In this document: in pieces, positions 30,769-48,434 of the stretch
How the letters are laid out: every line of letters begins with the position of its first letter
Numbering within the stretch: position 1 is the first letter of the stretch
Source of the DNA: the human T2T-CHM13v2.0 reference genome, Homo sapiens
NCBI GenBank assembly: GCA_009914755.4
Contig: CP068257.2
Location: 42,880,001-42,944,000 of the forward strand
Length of the DNA stretch: 64,000 nucleotides
Direction of reading: 5' to 3'
Position numbers and translations under genes: made by a program
The notes under the pieces: generated by a model
Told to the model about the DNA's origin: nothing
Seen by the model: the letters and a program-made list of their open reading frames with translations, nothing else
The model's database searches: none

Positions 30769-31081
30769 GGTGCTCAGAGGCAGAGGGTGACGCTCCTGGG
30801 GGTGAGACCCAGGTCAGGAGGGCCCATCCCCAACCAGCGACCAGCGACCAGCGGAGGGTTGTGGTCTGCAGCCAGGAAGCACCGTGAGGAGAAGCCAGGG
30901 CTCGCCCGCCCGGCGGGAGGTCAGAGAGGAGCCAGTGAGCATCTGAGACCCCGGGGCTGGGCGGCTGTGGCTGGGGCTGCTCCTTCTGTGCTGAGCTGTG
31001 CTGAGGCTGGGTGGGCTGGGAGGTCCAAGGACTGGCAGGGAGGTGGGGCCTGAGCCCGGCTGGCCCTGGGGGACATGGCCA

Positions 31082-31849
31082 TCAGCAGCTAGACTTTTGG
31101 CCTGAGGAAAAGCTGCAGGAGGCTGGGCGGGAGCACACGGGGCGGCAGAGGAGGGACACAGAGGAGGAGGGTCTGCAGCAGGAGGAGGTGCAGCAAGCTG
31201 GCTGGCAGCTAGACTGCTGGCAGCACGGAGAGGAAGCCCCAGAGCAAACAGGTACACAGCAGATGGACTTGCAGCAGACAGGCTTGCAGCAGACGGACAC
31301 ACAGCAGGACTGCTGACACAGGGAGGAGGTGCAGCAAGCCGGCTGGCAGCTAGACTGCTGGCAGCATGAAGAGGATGACTCAGAGCAGGTGGGCACGCAG
31401 CACACAGCTTTGCAGCAGACAGGCACACGGCAGGACTGCTGGCAGGAGGAAGAGGCACAGCAAGCTGGCTGGCAGCTAGACTGCTGGCAGCATGAAGAAG
31501 CCCCACAGCAGACGGGCACACAGCACACAGGCTTGCAGCAGACGGGCACGCAGCAGGCCTGCTGGCAGGGGGAGGAGGTGCAGCAAGCCGGCTGGCAGCT
31601 AGACTGCTGGCAGCACGAGGGCGTGCAGGAGCTGGTGCAGCCTGATTGGCAGGCGCTGGGCTCACAGGCCGCCTGGCAGCAGGGGCTGGACACACAGCTC
31701 ACTGGGGTGCAGACCAGGGTCAGGCAGGGGGCTGGGGCACAGCAGCTGGGGGTGCCGCAGGGGAGCTCACAGCAGCTCTCTGGGCAGTCGTCCACCTGCC
31801 AGGAGTTGGTGCAGGCGCTGGAGCAGATGGACATGGTGGAGGCGGCCAT
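31082..31849 (-). CDS. KRTAP10-2: High-sulfur keratin-associated protein 10-2, single-exon CDS of 255 aa ([42 protein letters not shown]...).
   Basis: ATG at 31849-31847, checked in the sequence. It is a KAP10-type Cys-rich repeat protein. Length 255 aa and its position in the array fit KRTAP10-2. Confidence 0.82.
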   Translation of the reverse strand: MAASTMSICSSACTNSWQVDDCPESCCELPCGTPSCCAPAPCLTLVCTPVSCVSSPCCQAACEPSACQSGCTSSCTPSCCQQSSCQPACCTSSPCQQACCVPVCCKPVCCVPVCCGASSCCQQSSCQPACCASSSCQQSCRVPVCCKAVCCVPTCSESSSSCCQQSSCQPACCTSSLCQQSCCVSVCCKPVCCKSICCVPVCSGASSPCCQQSSCQPACCTSSCCRPSSSVSLLCRPVCSRPASCSFSSGQKSSC

Positions 31850-31962
31850 GCTGGAGTGGGGAGGAGGTGAGCTGGGGGAGGTGTGTGAGTGAGTGAGTGT
31901 GTGAGTGAGTGTGTGTGTGAGTGTGTGAGTGAGTGTGTGTGTGAGCCTGTTGGCTGCTGGGG

Positions 31963-31971
31963 CTTTTATAT
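31963..31971 (-). promoter_or_regulatory. KRTAP10-2: TATA box (ATATAAAAG on the minus strand), upstream of the KRTAP10-2 ATG.
   Basis: The plus strand reads cttttatat at 31963-31971, about 115 bp 5' of the start codon. Confidence 0.7.
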
Positions 31972-34439
31972 GCCCAGGGCCTGTGTTTTCCCAGCAGGAG
32001 ACTCAGCAACGCCCTCCACTTCCGTGTTGGTGTTTGGAGCCGGGAGGACCCTCATTATTTCTGCTTCCTTTGCCATGACTTGTCCTCACTCTGCTCCTAA
32101 CACTCGGCTGGTCCTGGGCAGGACCGGCGCCCCTGGCTGAGCCTGTCCCCCGGGAACACCAGGAGGGAAGGTGTGGCCTCTCTGGGGCTGACCTGGTGAC
32201 TTCCACCTGGCAGGTCCCGTGACTGTGCCCAGCGTGAGCTCTGGGCCCGGGGGAGGCCCAGCCTCTGTCTGCAGGGACCTCACAGGGTGGGCTGGCGTGG
32301 CTGTGATTGGGAGAGCCAGGACGGAGGTGCCTGTGTTGGGAAAAGACGCTTGAGGACAGCGCTTCCTGGCGGGCTCTGGGATCTTCTGAGATCCTGATGT
32401 CTGCCAAGAGCAGGAGGACAGGGAGCACCTCCCCTCCTCTGAGAAGGAGACGGAATGTTCTGGCAAGGCCTCTGGACAGTCAGCTCATTAGGAGGACAAG
32501 GTTTGGGGACTGGCCTTTGGGTCTGGACTGTTGTCCCCTGGAGCCCTGGTCAGGTGTCCTGAGAGTGGTGGGTGCAGATCCAGGCCTGGGGGTGGGGAGG
32601 GGCCTCTGCCTTGAGGAGGTGGATGTGGAATGAGGGTCACTGGAGAGTGAAGGACACTTGGGGTGGGCAAAGCCAGCCTGTGCTTGGGAGGTCATCAGGC
32701 AGGACAGGCCCTGACCCGGGGGCAGGGACCGTCACAGGTGAGCTCCTCTGTCTTGGGGCCTGAGCCCAGCATGGCCTGACGCTGGTTCTCACCAGGAACC
32801 AGCAACATCTCCCAGTGTCCTTCCAGCCTCTTTCAGCTGGGGATGAGGCTACGGCAGCCTGGGACGGGCTTTCATGGTGGCCCAGAAAGCCTATAGCGCT
32901 AGGGAGGCTCACTGGAAGCTCTCCTGTCATAGCGTAGCAGGAGGTGAGCAGGCCCCTGGTCACCAGAACCTTTCTCTGTTGTCCTACAGGGCCAGTCAAA
33001 GCAGCAAGCCGAGAAATAGAAATGAGACGTGAACCTCTGTTATTCGCAGGTGACACAATTGTCCACCTAAAGATCTGAGTCACTGCCATTGTGACTGTCA
33101 CTGGCCATGTGCACCGGCTGGACGTGGGATAAACTCACAGCCCCCAACAGCCCCTCCCTGCACACCTGCCTCGCCATTGTGATGGAAATTCCATCTGAAC
33201 CTGGGGCCTCCAGCACGTGCCAGTCACTCCGCCCTCCATGGCTGTTGTCAAACAAGCCCCTCCGACCTCTCAGGGGTGATGTCTGTGAAGACTCAGCTCC
33301 CGACAAGAGCCTCTCATCTGAAGACGCAGGGCAGTCAGCACTGGGAGCCAGGGTGAGAGCCGAAGGGAAGCCGAGGCAGCGGCGTTCCCTAATGGAGTAT
33401 GAGGGGGAGGGTCCCACAGACCTGGAGCTGCAAATTATAGCATGTGACTGTAGTGACAGCTTCGGTGATCTTAGAAAATGACCCCCTAGTAGCACTGATG
33501 ATGAAGCTGGTGAGGTCGGAGCATGTGGCTGCGCCAGGGAGCATTCCAAGCACTTGGCATCTATTAATTCACTGAATTTCGGCATTAACTTCTTGTCGAA
33601 GTTACTATGGACAGACGCGGAAGCTTCAGCAGAGAGGTTGAGCAATCTGCTCAAAGCCACACAGAAAACAGTGACAGAACCAGGACTAGAAGCCAGCCGG
33701 TCTGTACATAGGATCTACATTCTCAACCAGTGAGTCTCCGATTCTAAAAATAAAAAATGTTGAAGATGAAAGACAGCAAGTCTTCAATACCAAATTTAAT
33801 ACCAAACAGCTGGATTAAAAATTCACATCAGAAGCAGAAGAGCAAAACTAATACCACAGAGAATCAATTCAATTTTAAGTCCAAACATGAGTTCTTCCAA
33901 ACGCCGAGGTAAAGGATAAAATTCACAAATATAATGAGAGAAAAGATAACAAACAGAGTGTATATTTAGCTGAGACAAAACCTGAAAATTCAATTGCTAG
34001 GGAGAAAAAAAAATAAGATCAAAGTAATAAAGAAATAATTGAGGATCAGGTATTCTGGGCTGAATGGACAGAGGTGTGTGTATTTGGAGTAGAAGAACTT
34101 AATGAATTTCAAGAAAATCAGGCCACCTAGACATGCATTGACGAGTTTTTCAATGTAGAAGACCTAAGAACAGGCCTCTCACAGGCAAGACGAATAATAC
34201 ACGATCTGGAAATGAACTGCCTCAGGCTGACCTCAGACCCCTGTCCCACTAACCAGGGTATGGCAATATCCTCAGGGCTTCCAGGGCAATCTTTGGTGGA
34301 CTAAGGCTCTAATTTTCCTTTTTTCAAATTATTACATCTTTCTCAAATAAAGATAACAGCGATGTATTTTCACAAAAGCAAGAGCTTAGAAAGTACTTCA
34401 CCCAGGTATCCCTCTTGGAAAAAATACTTAAGGAAATAT

Positions 34440-34900
34440 GACAAATGGCAAAGTGATTGTTATGGATGGAATGTTTGTATCCTCCCAAAATTCACATGTT
34501 GAGACCCTAATTCCAATATGATGGTATTAAGAGGTGGGGCCTTTGGGAGGTAATTAGGTCAGGAGGGTGGAGCCCTCAAAAATGGGATTTGTGCCCTTTA
34601 AAGAAGAAACCGTGGAGAGATTATCTGGGCCACGTGAGGACAGCAAGAAGGTGGCTGTCTGTAGACCAGGAAGAGAGCCCTCTCCAGAGCACCACCATGT
34701 CGCACCCTGACTGATCCTGGACTTCCAGCTTCCAGAACTGGGAGAAAGAAATGCCTGCTGCTCAAGACCCTCCAGTCCACGGCAATTTGTTATAGCAGCC
34801 CCAACTGACTGTGACAGAGAAGAAGCAAAGACAAGAGTTCCAGAACGTAGAAGCTGGGGTATCAAAGGGCTGGCCCAGATACAAAGACAGGAAGACACTG
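34440..34900 (+). repeat. Interspersed repeat related to the MaLR/THE1-like LTR architecture. The exact family is not assigned.
   Basis: The sequence cccaaaattcacatgttgagaccctaattccaatatgatggtattaagaggtggggcctttgggaggtaattaggtcaggagggtggagccc...ccaccatgtcgcaccctgactgatcctggacttccagcttccagaactgggagaaagaaatgcctgctgctcaagaccctccagtccacggcaatttgttatagcagcc is a common human repeat consensus. Confidence 0.45.
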
Positions 34901-36499
34901 ACCTAGGTCCAGATAACCAATGTGCTCAGTTATAACTGCAAATGCAAATTTCACATATTTTATAACAGATGCATACAACAGATGCATATTCTACATCCTA
35001 ATTGAATGGCAGTGATAATATTCTAATACTTTACTGCATGCTAGTGTGAGAGGCCGCTAACCACACGTGGCTCTTGAGTGCTTGAAATGTGGCTCATGCC
35101 AGTTGTGGAAATGGTAACATTCTGGATGTACCGGGTTAAATAAGATCTATTGTTAAATTAATTGCACCTGTTCCTTCTGCCATCTTTAAATGTGGCTGTT
35201 ATAATATTTAGGATTGTATGTGCGGTTCTGTTTCTACTGGAATATGCTGTATGTTGTTTTCAATCAAACAAGAAAGACTGAGAAGCGGGTGGGGGTGGAA
35301 CCGTGGGCTGATGTTGAGGAGAGCAAGATTAATTCTGTTTTAAATAGAAATTCTCGAATTGCGGTTCCATTCCTCACTTTAATAGTTAAAAAATAAGCAT
35401 AAAGGTAAACTTAAAAGCTATTTATTGGTACAATTAAAAACAGAATGTATATTTTTCAAAACAGCAAATAAAAGTAGAAGAGAAAAAACAAACCGTGGTG
35501 GATATCCTAAAGACGGAAAAGCAACCGAAACAGGCGGAAACCTCAAAAGCAGAGAAGACCATGAAAACGTGAGGAGGAGCAAAACAGCCAGTTGGAAAGG
35601 AAAGGAAATTGCTCCTGATGTTTCCTATTAGATGAGAACATTTCTCAAAACGGTTTATAAAATAAAAACCGAAATAAGGTAACTAATGTCACCATTAAAC
35701 AGTAACGGGAGGGAAAAGAGACGTCTCCCAGGTCCGACGGCTGCCGGGGCCCACACAGAGCCTCCTCTCCCATCCTCCCCAAGGGGTGACGGCACACAGC
35801 CTAGAAATGGGGACTCCCGCACTAGCAGGGCCCCCACATCCCACAGGATGAGCCAAAGGGAGGGCAGCCTGGCTCAGGACTCCCTGAAGATGCAGAAGCC
35901 GTGTTCCCTTACAGAGTCCCACCCAGTGGGGAGACGTGGGCACTTGGCTAGGCCAGCTGGCCAAGGGCTGTGGGAGATGGGCGGTGAAGGGCACCAGGAT
36001 CTGGGAGCCCTAGTGTGAGAAGTCCCCTCCCAGTCCTTATGTGATGAGTCCCCCACCCCGGCCACACACACATCCCACCCCCCTTCACAAGCAGGGTAGA
36101 GGCTGCACACACACAGTCATGGGGCTCAGGGCAAGGCAGCCTTGCTCTGGGCTACTGATCAGACCCAGGACAGAGAGGTCTGGGGACAGCCCTTCCTGCC
36201 GTGCCTGCTCCCCTTGTCCTGGTGGCTGGGCTGGGAGCTTGCAAAGGAAAATGACAGTGACAAGGGGCCTGTGTCCTTCTGTCCTGGAAGCCTGTGACAC
36301 TCGGACAGGGACTTCCAACTGTGTATTGCATTTGCACAGACATGCCATCGAAACTGCAAAGGAGTAAATGACTGCTGGGACAAGTTAATAGATACAGCGG
36401 TTCAAAGGAAAAGACCTACTCAAGAATTAAGGAATCCTTGTGAACAACAGGGGAAGGTTACAGAAAATTTCCAGTTATTCTTAAGAATTAAGAAGTCGT

Positions 36500-36812
36500 G
36501 CCGGGCACGGTGGCTCACGCTTGTAATCCCAGCGCTTTGGGAGGCCAAGGCAGGCAGATCGCGATGTCAGGAGTTCAAGACCAGCCTGGCCAATGTGGTG
36601 AAACCCAGTCTCTACTAAAAATACAAAAATTAGCCAGGTGTGGTGGTGCACACCTGTAGTCCTAGCTATTCAGGAGGCTGAGGGAGAAGAATAGCTTGAA
36701 CCCGGGAGGCAGAAGTTGTACTGAGCGGAGATTGCTCCACTGCACTCTAGCCTGGCAACAGAGTGATACCCGCTCTCAAAAAAAAATAACAACAACAACA
36801 AAAAAAACCAAA
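36500..36812 (+). mobile_element. Alu SINE, sense, the first of a tandem pair.
   Basis: The sequence starts gccgggcacggtggctcacgcttgtaatcccagcgctttgggaggccaaggcagg and ends ...ctctcaaaaaaaaataacaacaacaac. Confidence 0.9.
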
Positions 36813-36824
36813 AGACCGGGTGCA

Positions 36825-37246
<422 letters not shown>

Positions 37247-38209
37247 TTACAGGCCCAAATCAAAGACAGGGGTCTTTGCCCTTTTTGCACAAGGGAACTT
37301 CCCGGCCACCTCGTGAAAGCTTTGGAGGTTTTCAGATAAGTAAAAGGAAACCAACTTCATGAAAACACTGCTGTTACACTATGAAAAAGTGAACTGGTGA
37401 GATAGCATGTACTTCCCTAGGGAGCATGTGCCTGGTGGGACCCAGCAGGTGCATCTCGCGCTACCATAATTATGAAACAGCAGTGGCCAGAATGAGGTTT
37501 TGAGCATTTGCGGCCGGCATAATGTGACGCCACGCATCTCATTCCTGTTGGTGACAAAGCTGCAGGTGCTGCCATAGGTTTTGTCGGCTACATGAGAGGG
37601 TTCCTCACATAAGGCAAAAGAAAACACACCTGTCTTAGAGGCCTCAAAAATGCCCACAAATACTTTCCAAGGACAAAGGTGGTTACTCAGCTGCAAACAG
37701 TGAAGCACACAAGGAAACGACACCATGAGCGAGAACTGGTGGAAATGACAGAAAGCTGAAATGGACCCACAGAGACTTCAGGCATTGGGATGACCGTGCA
37801 CAGATATTTGAAATAAGAGATCAGCTCTAAAATGTCTTCCAGGAATGAGAAATATTTATTTTATTTAATAAGAGAGGGCTGGTGAGAAGATGATGAGTGG
37901 GGGTCAGACAGGCAGAGGAAGGAGAGAGGGGGAGGAGCTGAGCCCAGGGAGAGGCCGGGCCGGGTGGGTGTGGGGGATTCACAGAGAAGCACCCCCGGGG
38001 CCTGGAGACGCTGAGGCTGGCAGGAGAACCCCACAACAGCAGACCCCGCACAGCGGGAAGTCAGGACTGCCTCCGCCCCTGGTGCTGTCAGCCTGGATGC
38101 AGCTCAAGGCCAGAGTCCCGAAGCTCCCACCCCACGCGGCACGTTGAAGTTCTTCCCACGGGGTTTGCCAGATATGCAAAAAAGACCTCTGAGAGGGCAC
38201 ATTGGTGAC

Positions 38210-38215
38210 TTTATT
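38210..38215 (-). terminator. KRTAP10-3: Polyadenylation signal AATAAA (minus strand) for KRTAP10-3.
   Basis: The plus strand reads ctttatttg, about 240 nt 3' of the stop at 38453. Confidence 0.55.
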
Positions 38216-38452
38216 TGTTGACAGACTGATCACTCACATGGGGCAGGACACAGTGACCACCGGCTGGCCAGCATGGAGATGAGGGTGTGGGAGAGATGCA
38301 TGCCTGGAGGGAATCGGCATGAAAGCTCAGCATTGCTGGCTGGAGGTGCAGTGGCTATGGGCAGAGGAGACTCAGACAGGGCTCAGGGCTGCAAGGATTT
38401 TCGGAAGTCAGAGATGGCCCTGGAACAACTCTGGAGAAACGGGACCTGCCCG

Positions 38453-39118
38453 TCAGCAGCTGGACTTCTGGCCTGAGGAGAGGCCGCAGCACGCGGAAGA
38501 GAGGCGGGAGCACGTGGGGCGGCAGAGGAGGGACACGCAGGAGGCCGGGCGGCAGCAGCTGGGCTGGCAGGTGGAGGCAGGGGCACAGCAGGAGGGGATG
38601 GGCACACAGTAGGTGGACCTGCACACGGGGCGGCAGAGGAGGGACACGGAGGAGGAGGGTCTGCAGCAGGAGGTGGTGCAGCAAGCCGGCTGGCGGCTAG
38701 ACTGCTGGCAGCATGAAGAGGAAGCCCCAGAGCAGACGGGCACACAGCAGATGGGCTTGCAGCAGACAGGCTTGCAGCAGACGGGCACACAGCAGACTGG
38801 CTTGCAGCAGACAGGCACGCAGCAGGCCTGCTGGCAGGGGGAGGATGTGCAGCAAGCTGGCTGGCAGCTAGACTGCTGGCAGCACGAGGGCGTGCAGGAG
38901 CTGGTGCAGCCTGACTGGCAGGGGCTGGGCTCACAGGCCGCCTGGCAGCAGGGGCTGGACACACAGCTCACTGGGGTGCAGACCAGGGTCAGGCAGGGGG
39001 CCAGGGCGCAGCAGCTGGGGGCACAGCAGGGGGGCTCACAGCAGCTCTCTGGGCAGGCGTCCACCTGCCAGGAGTCAGAGTAAGCGCTGGAGCAGACGGA
39101 CATGGTAGACGTGGCCAT
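38453..39118 (-). CDS. KRTAP10-3: High-sulfur keratin-associated protein 10-3, single-exon CDS of 221 aa ([42 protein letters not shown]...SSGQKSSC).
   Basis: The listed ORF 38453-39304 runs through upstream non-coding sequence. The conserved start [11 protein letters not shown] maps to the ATG at 39118-39116, which lies the expected ~95 bp downstream of the TATA box. That gives 221 aa, the length of KRTAP10-3. Confidence 0.8.
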   Translation of the reverse strand: MATSTMSVCSSAYSDSWQVDACPESCCEPPCCAPSCCALAPCLTLVCTPVSCVSSPCCQAACEPSPCQSGCTSSCTPSCCQQSSCQPACCTSSPCQQACCVPVCCKPVCCVPVCCKPVCCKPICCVPVCSGASSSCCQQSSRQPACCTTSCCRPSSSVSLLCRPVCRSTYCVPIPSCCAPASTCQPSCCRPASCVSLLCRPTCSRLSSACCGLSSGQKSSC

Positions 39119-39222
39119 GCTGGGGTGGGGAGGAGGTGAGCTGGGGGAGACGTGAGTGAGTGAGTGTGGGAGTGAGTGAGGGAGTGAGTGAGTGATCGTG
39201 CCAGGCCTCTGAGTGGTCGGAA

Positions 39223-39230
39223 CCTTTATA
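39223..39230 (-). promoter_or_regulatory. KRTAP10-3: TATA box (TATAAAGG on the minus strand), upstream of the KRTAP10-3 ATG.
   Basis: The plus strand reads cctttata, about 105 bp 5' of the ATG at 39118. Confidence 0.65.
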
Positions 39231-40394
39231 CCCCTCTGTGTTGATTGTGCTGCCCCTGCCTGGCTTCGAGAAGCCTTCCTCTTCCTTGTTGTTGTTGTAG
39301 GCACTGTTGTGTTAGTAGTGTTGGTTCATTGTTTGTGGATGTTCTGGTTTGTGAGGCTCCTGACTGGAGTTAGGGCTTCCCTAATGTGGGCTTGTCCACA
39401 GAGATAAACTAGTAGAAATATATTGATTGCATCAAAGCACACTGCAGAAGCAGGGACAGTGGCAGTTAGGAGATATTCTGGAATTGACAGCCCTCTGCTC
39501 CATCCCAGGAGGAGTTTGCACTTAAAAAAAGACTTCTACACCTAAGGAGGGATGAGGTTAGGAGAACCTCAGTTTCTGGGCCTTGAGGAAAGGGAGAGAT
39601 GTGTTCTGCTGTGGACAAGTTTGAAGATGCTCAGTTGGCCTGGCCACACGGCGAGATCCACCCTGTGGGTTGACACTGCTGGTTGTCAGTGGGAACCATG
39701 GGGCATATTTCTGCTGGGGGTGAGCCCTGGGGCAGGTGTGAGGGAATAGTGTCTTCCTGGGCAGAGATTGGCTCACAGAGGGGAGCAGGGAGGCAGCTGC
39801 AGGCCCAGCACAGTAGGGATGGAGATGAGGGGCAAGCACCTTTGTTTCATTTCACGTTGAACTGTTATGGGGCCTTCCCCCGGTGGTGTGCACAATAGTG
39901 TTCACACCTTCTCCTCTCACATCTCGGGCAACATCACCTGCAATGGTGTCCTTGGGAGCTCCAAGGTCTCTTCCCTTATGGGCCAGAAAGTCATCAGAAT
40001 GTATTAGTTCTACTGTTGGCTCCTGGACATTGTCATAGTAAATGTACAAATAAAAGGGTCTGATTGCAGAGCCTTGTCTCACAAATACCTATACACCTGT
40101 GTGTATCAGCCCATGCCTGTGCCCGGGACCATACCTGTGCGCTAGTAAGCCCCCAAAGTTCTGATCATGGATCCCTCATCTCCTCACTCTATGATCGCTA
40201 TTTTCTACTAAATCTTTGAAATGGCAAAGGCAGAGGCTCTGATGATGCTCTAGGCTGCAGGGCTTTCCAAAATTAGGCCAGGGGTCCACTGAGTGCTTGG
40301 TGGGGGCCCATAGGCTGCAGGGTTTGAAGCCTCTGACCTTTGATGAGTATGGCTAAGGGCTCTGTTGGAGGACTACCTGGCAAAGTCAGACTAC

Positions 40395-42895
<2,501 letters not shown>

Positions 42896-43340
42896 AAACA
42901 TTAATCTACATATCCAGGACCTCAGAAAACTCTAAGGTGGAGACACACAAAAGATACGCAAACAGACATATCATAGTAAAAATACTGAAAGTCAAAAACA
43001 AGGAGAAAATCTTGAAAGCAGCAAGAGAAAAACAAGTTATTTATAAGAGAACCATAAGAAGAGCAACAGTTCACTTCTTATCAGAAACAATGGGCACCAG
43101 AAGGTAGTATGATGGTACATTCAAAGTGCTCAAAGAAAAAAAAGTCAGCCAAGAATTCTATATCCAACAAAGTTGTCTTTCAGAAATGAAGGCAAAATAA
43201 AGGCATTCCCAGATAAATCAAAACTGAGGGAATCTATTACCTGCAGATGCATCTTACGAGTCATACTAGCGTTCCGCAGACCAAAAGCAAGTAACTCCAG
43301 ACAGAAATTCAAATCCACACAGAAAAACAAAACAGCAGTA
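42896..43340 (+). mobile_element. LINE-1 ORF1 C-terminal portion plus the inter-ORF spacer. It sits directly 3' of the L1 ORF2 segment, which is non-canonical order.
   Basis: The translation ...RHIIVKILKVKNKEKILKAAREKQVIYKRTIR...FKVLKEKKVSQEFYIQQSCLSEMKAK...FPDKSKLRE matches the C-terminal half of L1 ORF1p. Confidence 0.7.
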
Positions 43341-44639
43341 AAACTAATTATGTAATTATAAAAAGTAGTACAAATGCATATTTTCTCCTTTATTCTCTTA
43401 ACTGATTTTTAAAAAGCAATATAAAAAGGTATATTTGGTGTTTTTGGGCCTATAACATATAGAAATCTAATATATTTGGCAATAATAATACAAAGGAGGT
43501 ACATGGAAACAAAGCTATATCGTGCAAAGGAAGTTACTGAAGATAGTAATGTGAATCCACAGGAAAAAATGAAGAGAATCAGAAATGATAAAAAGGCTAA
43601 TATAACAAATGATATAAATATATACTTGTTCTTTCTTCTCTGAGCATCTTTAAAAGCCATAAAATTATAGGAAGTAATAAGTATAACAATATATTGTTGG
43701 GTTTTAACATCTGTAGATGTAATATATATAACAACAAGACTACAAAAAGGACAAAAAGGAAAAGAGTTGTATAGGAGCAATCTTTTTGTATCTCACTGGT
43801 ATTAAGTTGGCACAAATCTGAAGTTGATCTTGATAAGTCAAAATAAGTATATGGTAAACCCCAGAGCAAACACTAAGGAAAAACTAAAACAGTGTCATGG
43901 GAAAACATAAAGAAATCAAAATGCTACATTAGGAAATATGCACTTAATATAAGAGAAAGTAGTGAAGAAAGAATATAAGGACAGTGGTGACAAAAAAAAA
44001 CCCATAAACCCACAGAACCATATAAAACATATGGGAAATAAAAAGTAAACTAGTAGACATAAATTCAAGTACAGTTGATTTTCATTGTTAGTAGTAATTA
44101 CATAAAGTCATTGCAAATACTGAATTAGGAAATAATATACCATTGTTCCTAGGGGAAATACAGAGTTTGGTTCTTGTAATCCTCTGGTCGCAGTTTCAAC
44201 TATCAACATATAGTCGAGTGTTATATGTGTTTAATAATTATTGTTTATTCATTAACATTGAACTCAGCCAACAGTACTACAACTTATGCCTTAACAAAGC
44301 TTCTCTAACATACATATTTTCTCTGTAAGGCACATCACAGCCTTTTTGCACTTAGGAACACTGAACAGCCCCTTCACCACCATGCCTGAGGGCCATTTTA
44401 AACAGTAAAGTCACCCAAAAAATCACAAAAATGTGAAAATGTGGCATTAAGTAGATTACAAAAAAAATGCTTATTTACAATATGAGAGCTGAAGCAAGAA
44501 TGCAGAGTGTGCCTTGTTCAACCTTATCTGGGAACATGCATTTTGGGAGACTCAAATTTCTCACTAATCTGTGCATGCCAATGAATGACCACAAAAGTGC
44601 CACCAGTATTTGAGATTACAAATTAATTTTAGAGAGTAG

Positions 44640-47700
<3,061 letters not shown>

Positions 47701-48107
47701 CAGAAGGACCTGCTGCACAGATATGACGTGCACTGTCCCAGAAACCGTGGGGGAAGGGGACAGAGACAAACATTACTGTCTTCACCTTCCAAACTAGTAG
47801 GCAGAGGATGGGATGGGGCTTGTCTGTTAGATTTGGGATTGATGGCACTTCAAGTCTTAGATAAATGGGTCTACAAAGTGTCCCTTTTTAGATGTGATTT
47901 TATTGTTAGCGCTTCCTGCCAAAGGATGTCAACATAAAAACTCTGAGCACTAGTCCCTCGATTGCAGGAATTGGCTGTGCAAACCACTAGCAAATGGTCA
48001 CACAGACTCTCACATACTGCCAGTGACAGGGACCTCACTACCTAGCAAGGCCAGCCACTCTTGATCCCAGAGAAACCCAGAGAGTCCTTGACAAATGCCG
48101 CCCCTCA

Positions 48108-48434
<327 letters not shown>

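Noticed and set aside
38453-39304. The listed 283 aa ORF for KRTAP10-3 begins with MPTTTTRKRKASRSQ...
   Set aside because: The first 62 codons read through the 5' UTR and CACTCA repeat. The conserved family start [11 protein letters not shown] and the TATA spacing place the true ATG at 39118, giving 221 aa. Likewise, the 470 aa ORF at 53952-55364 begins in the 5' UTR, and the true KRTAP10-4 start is 54159.
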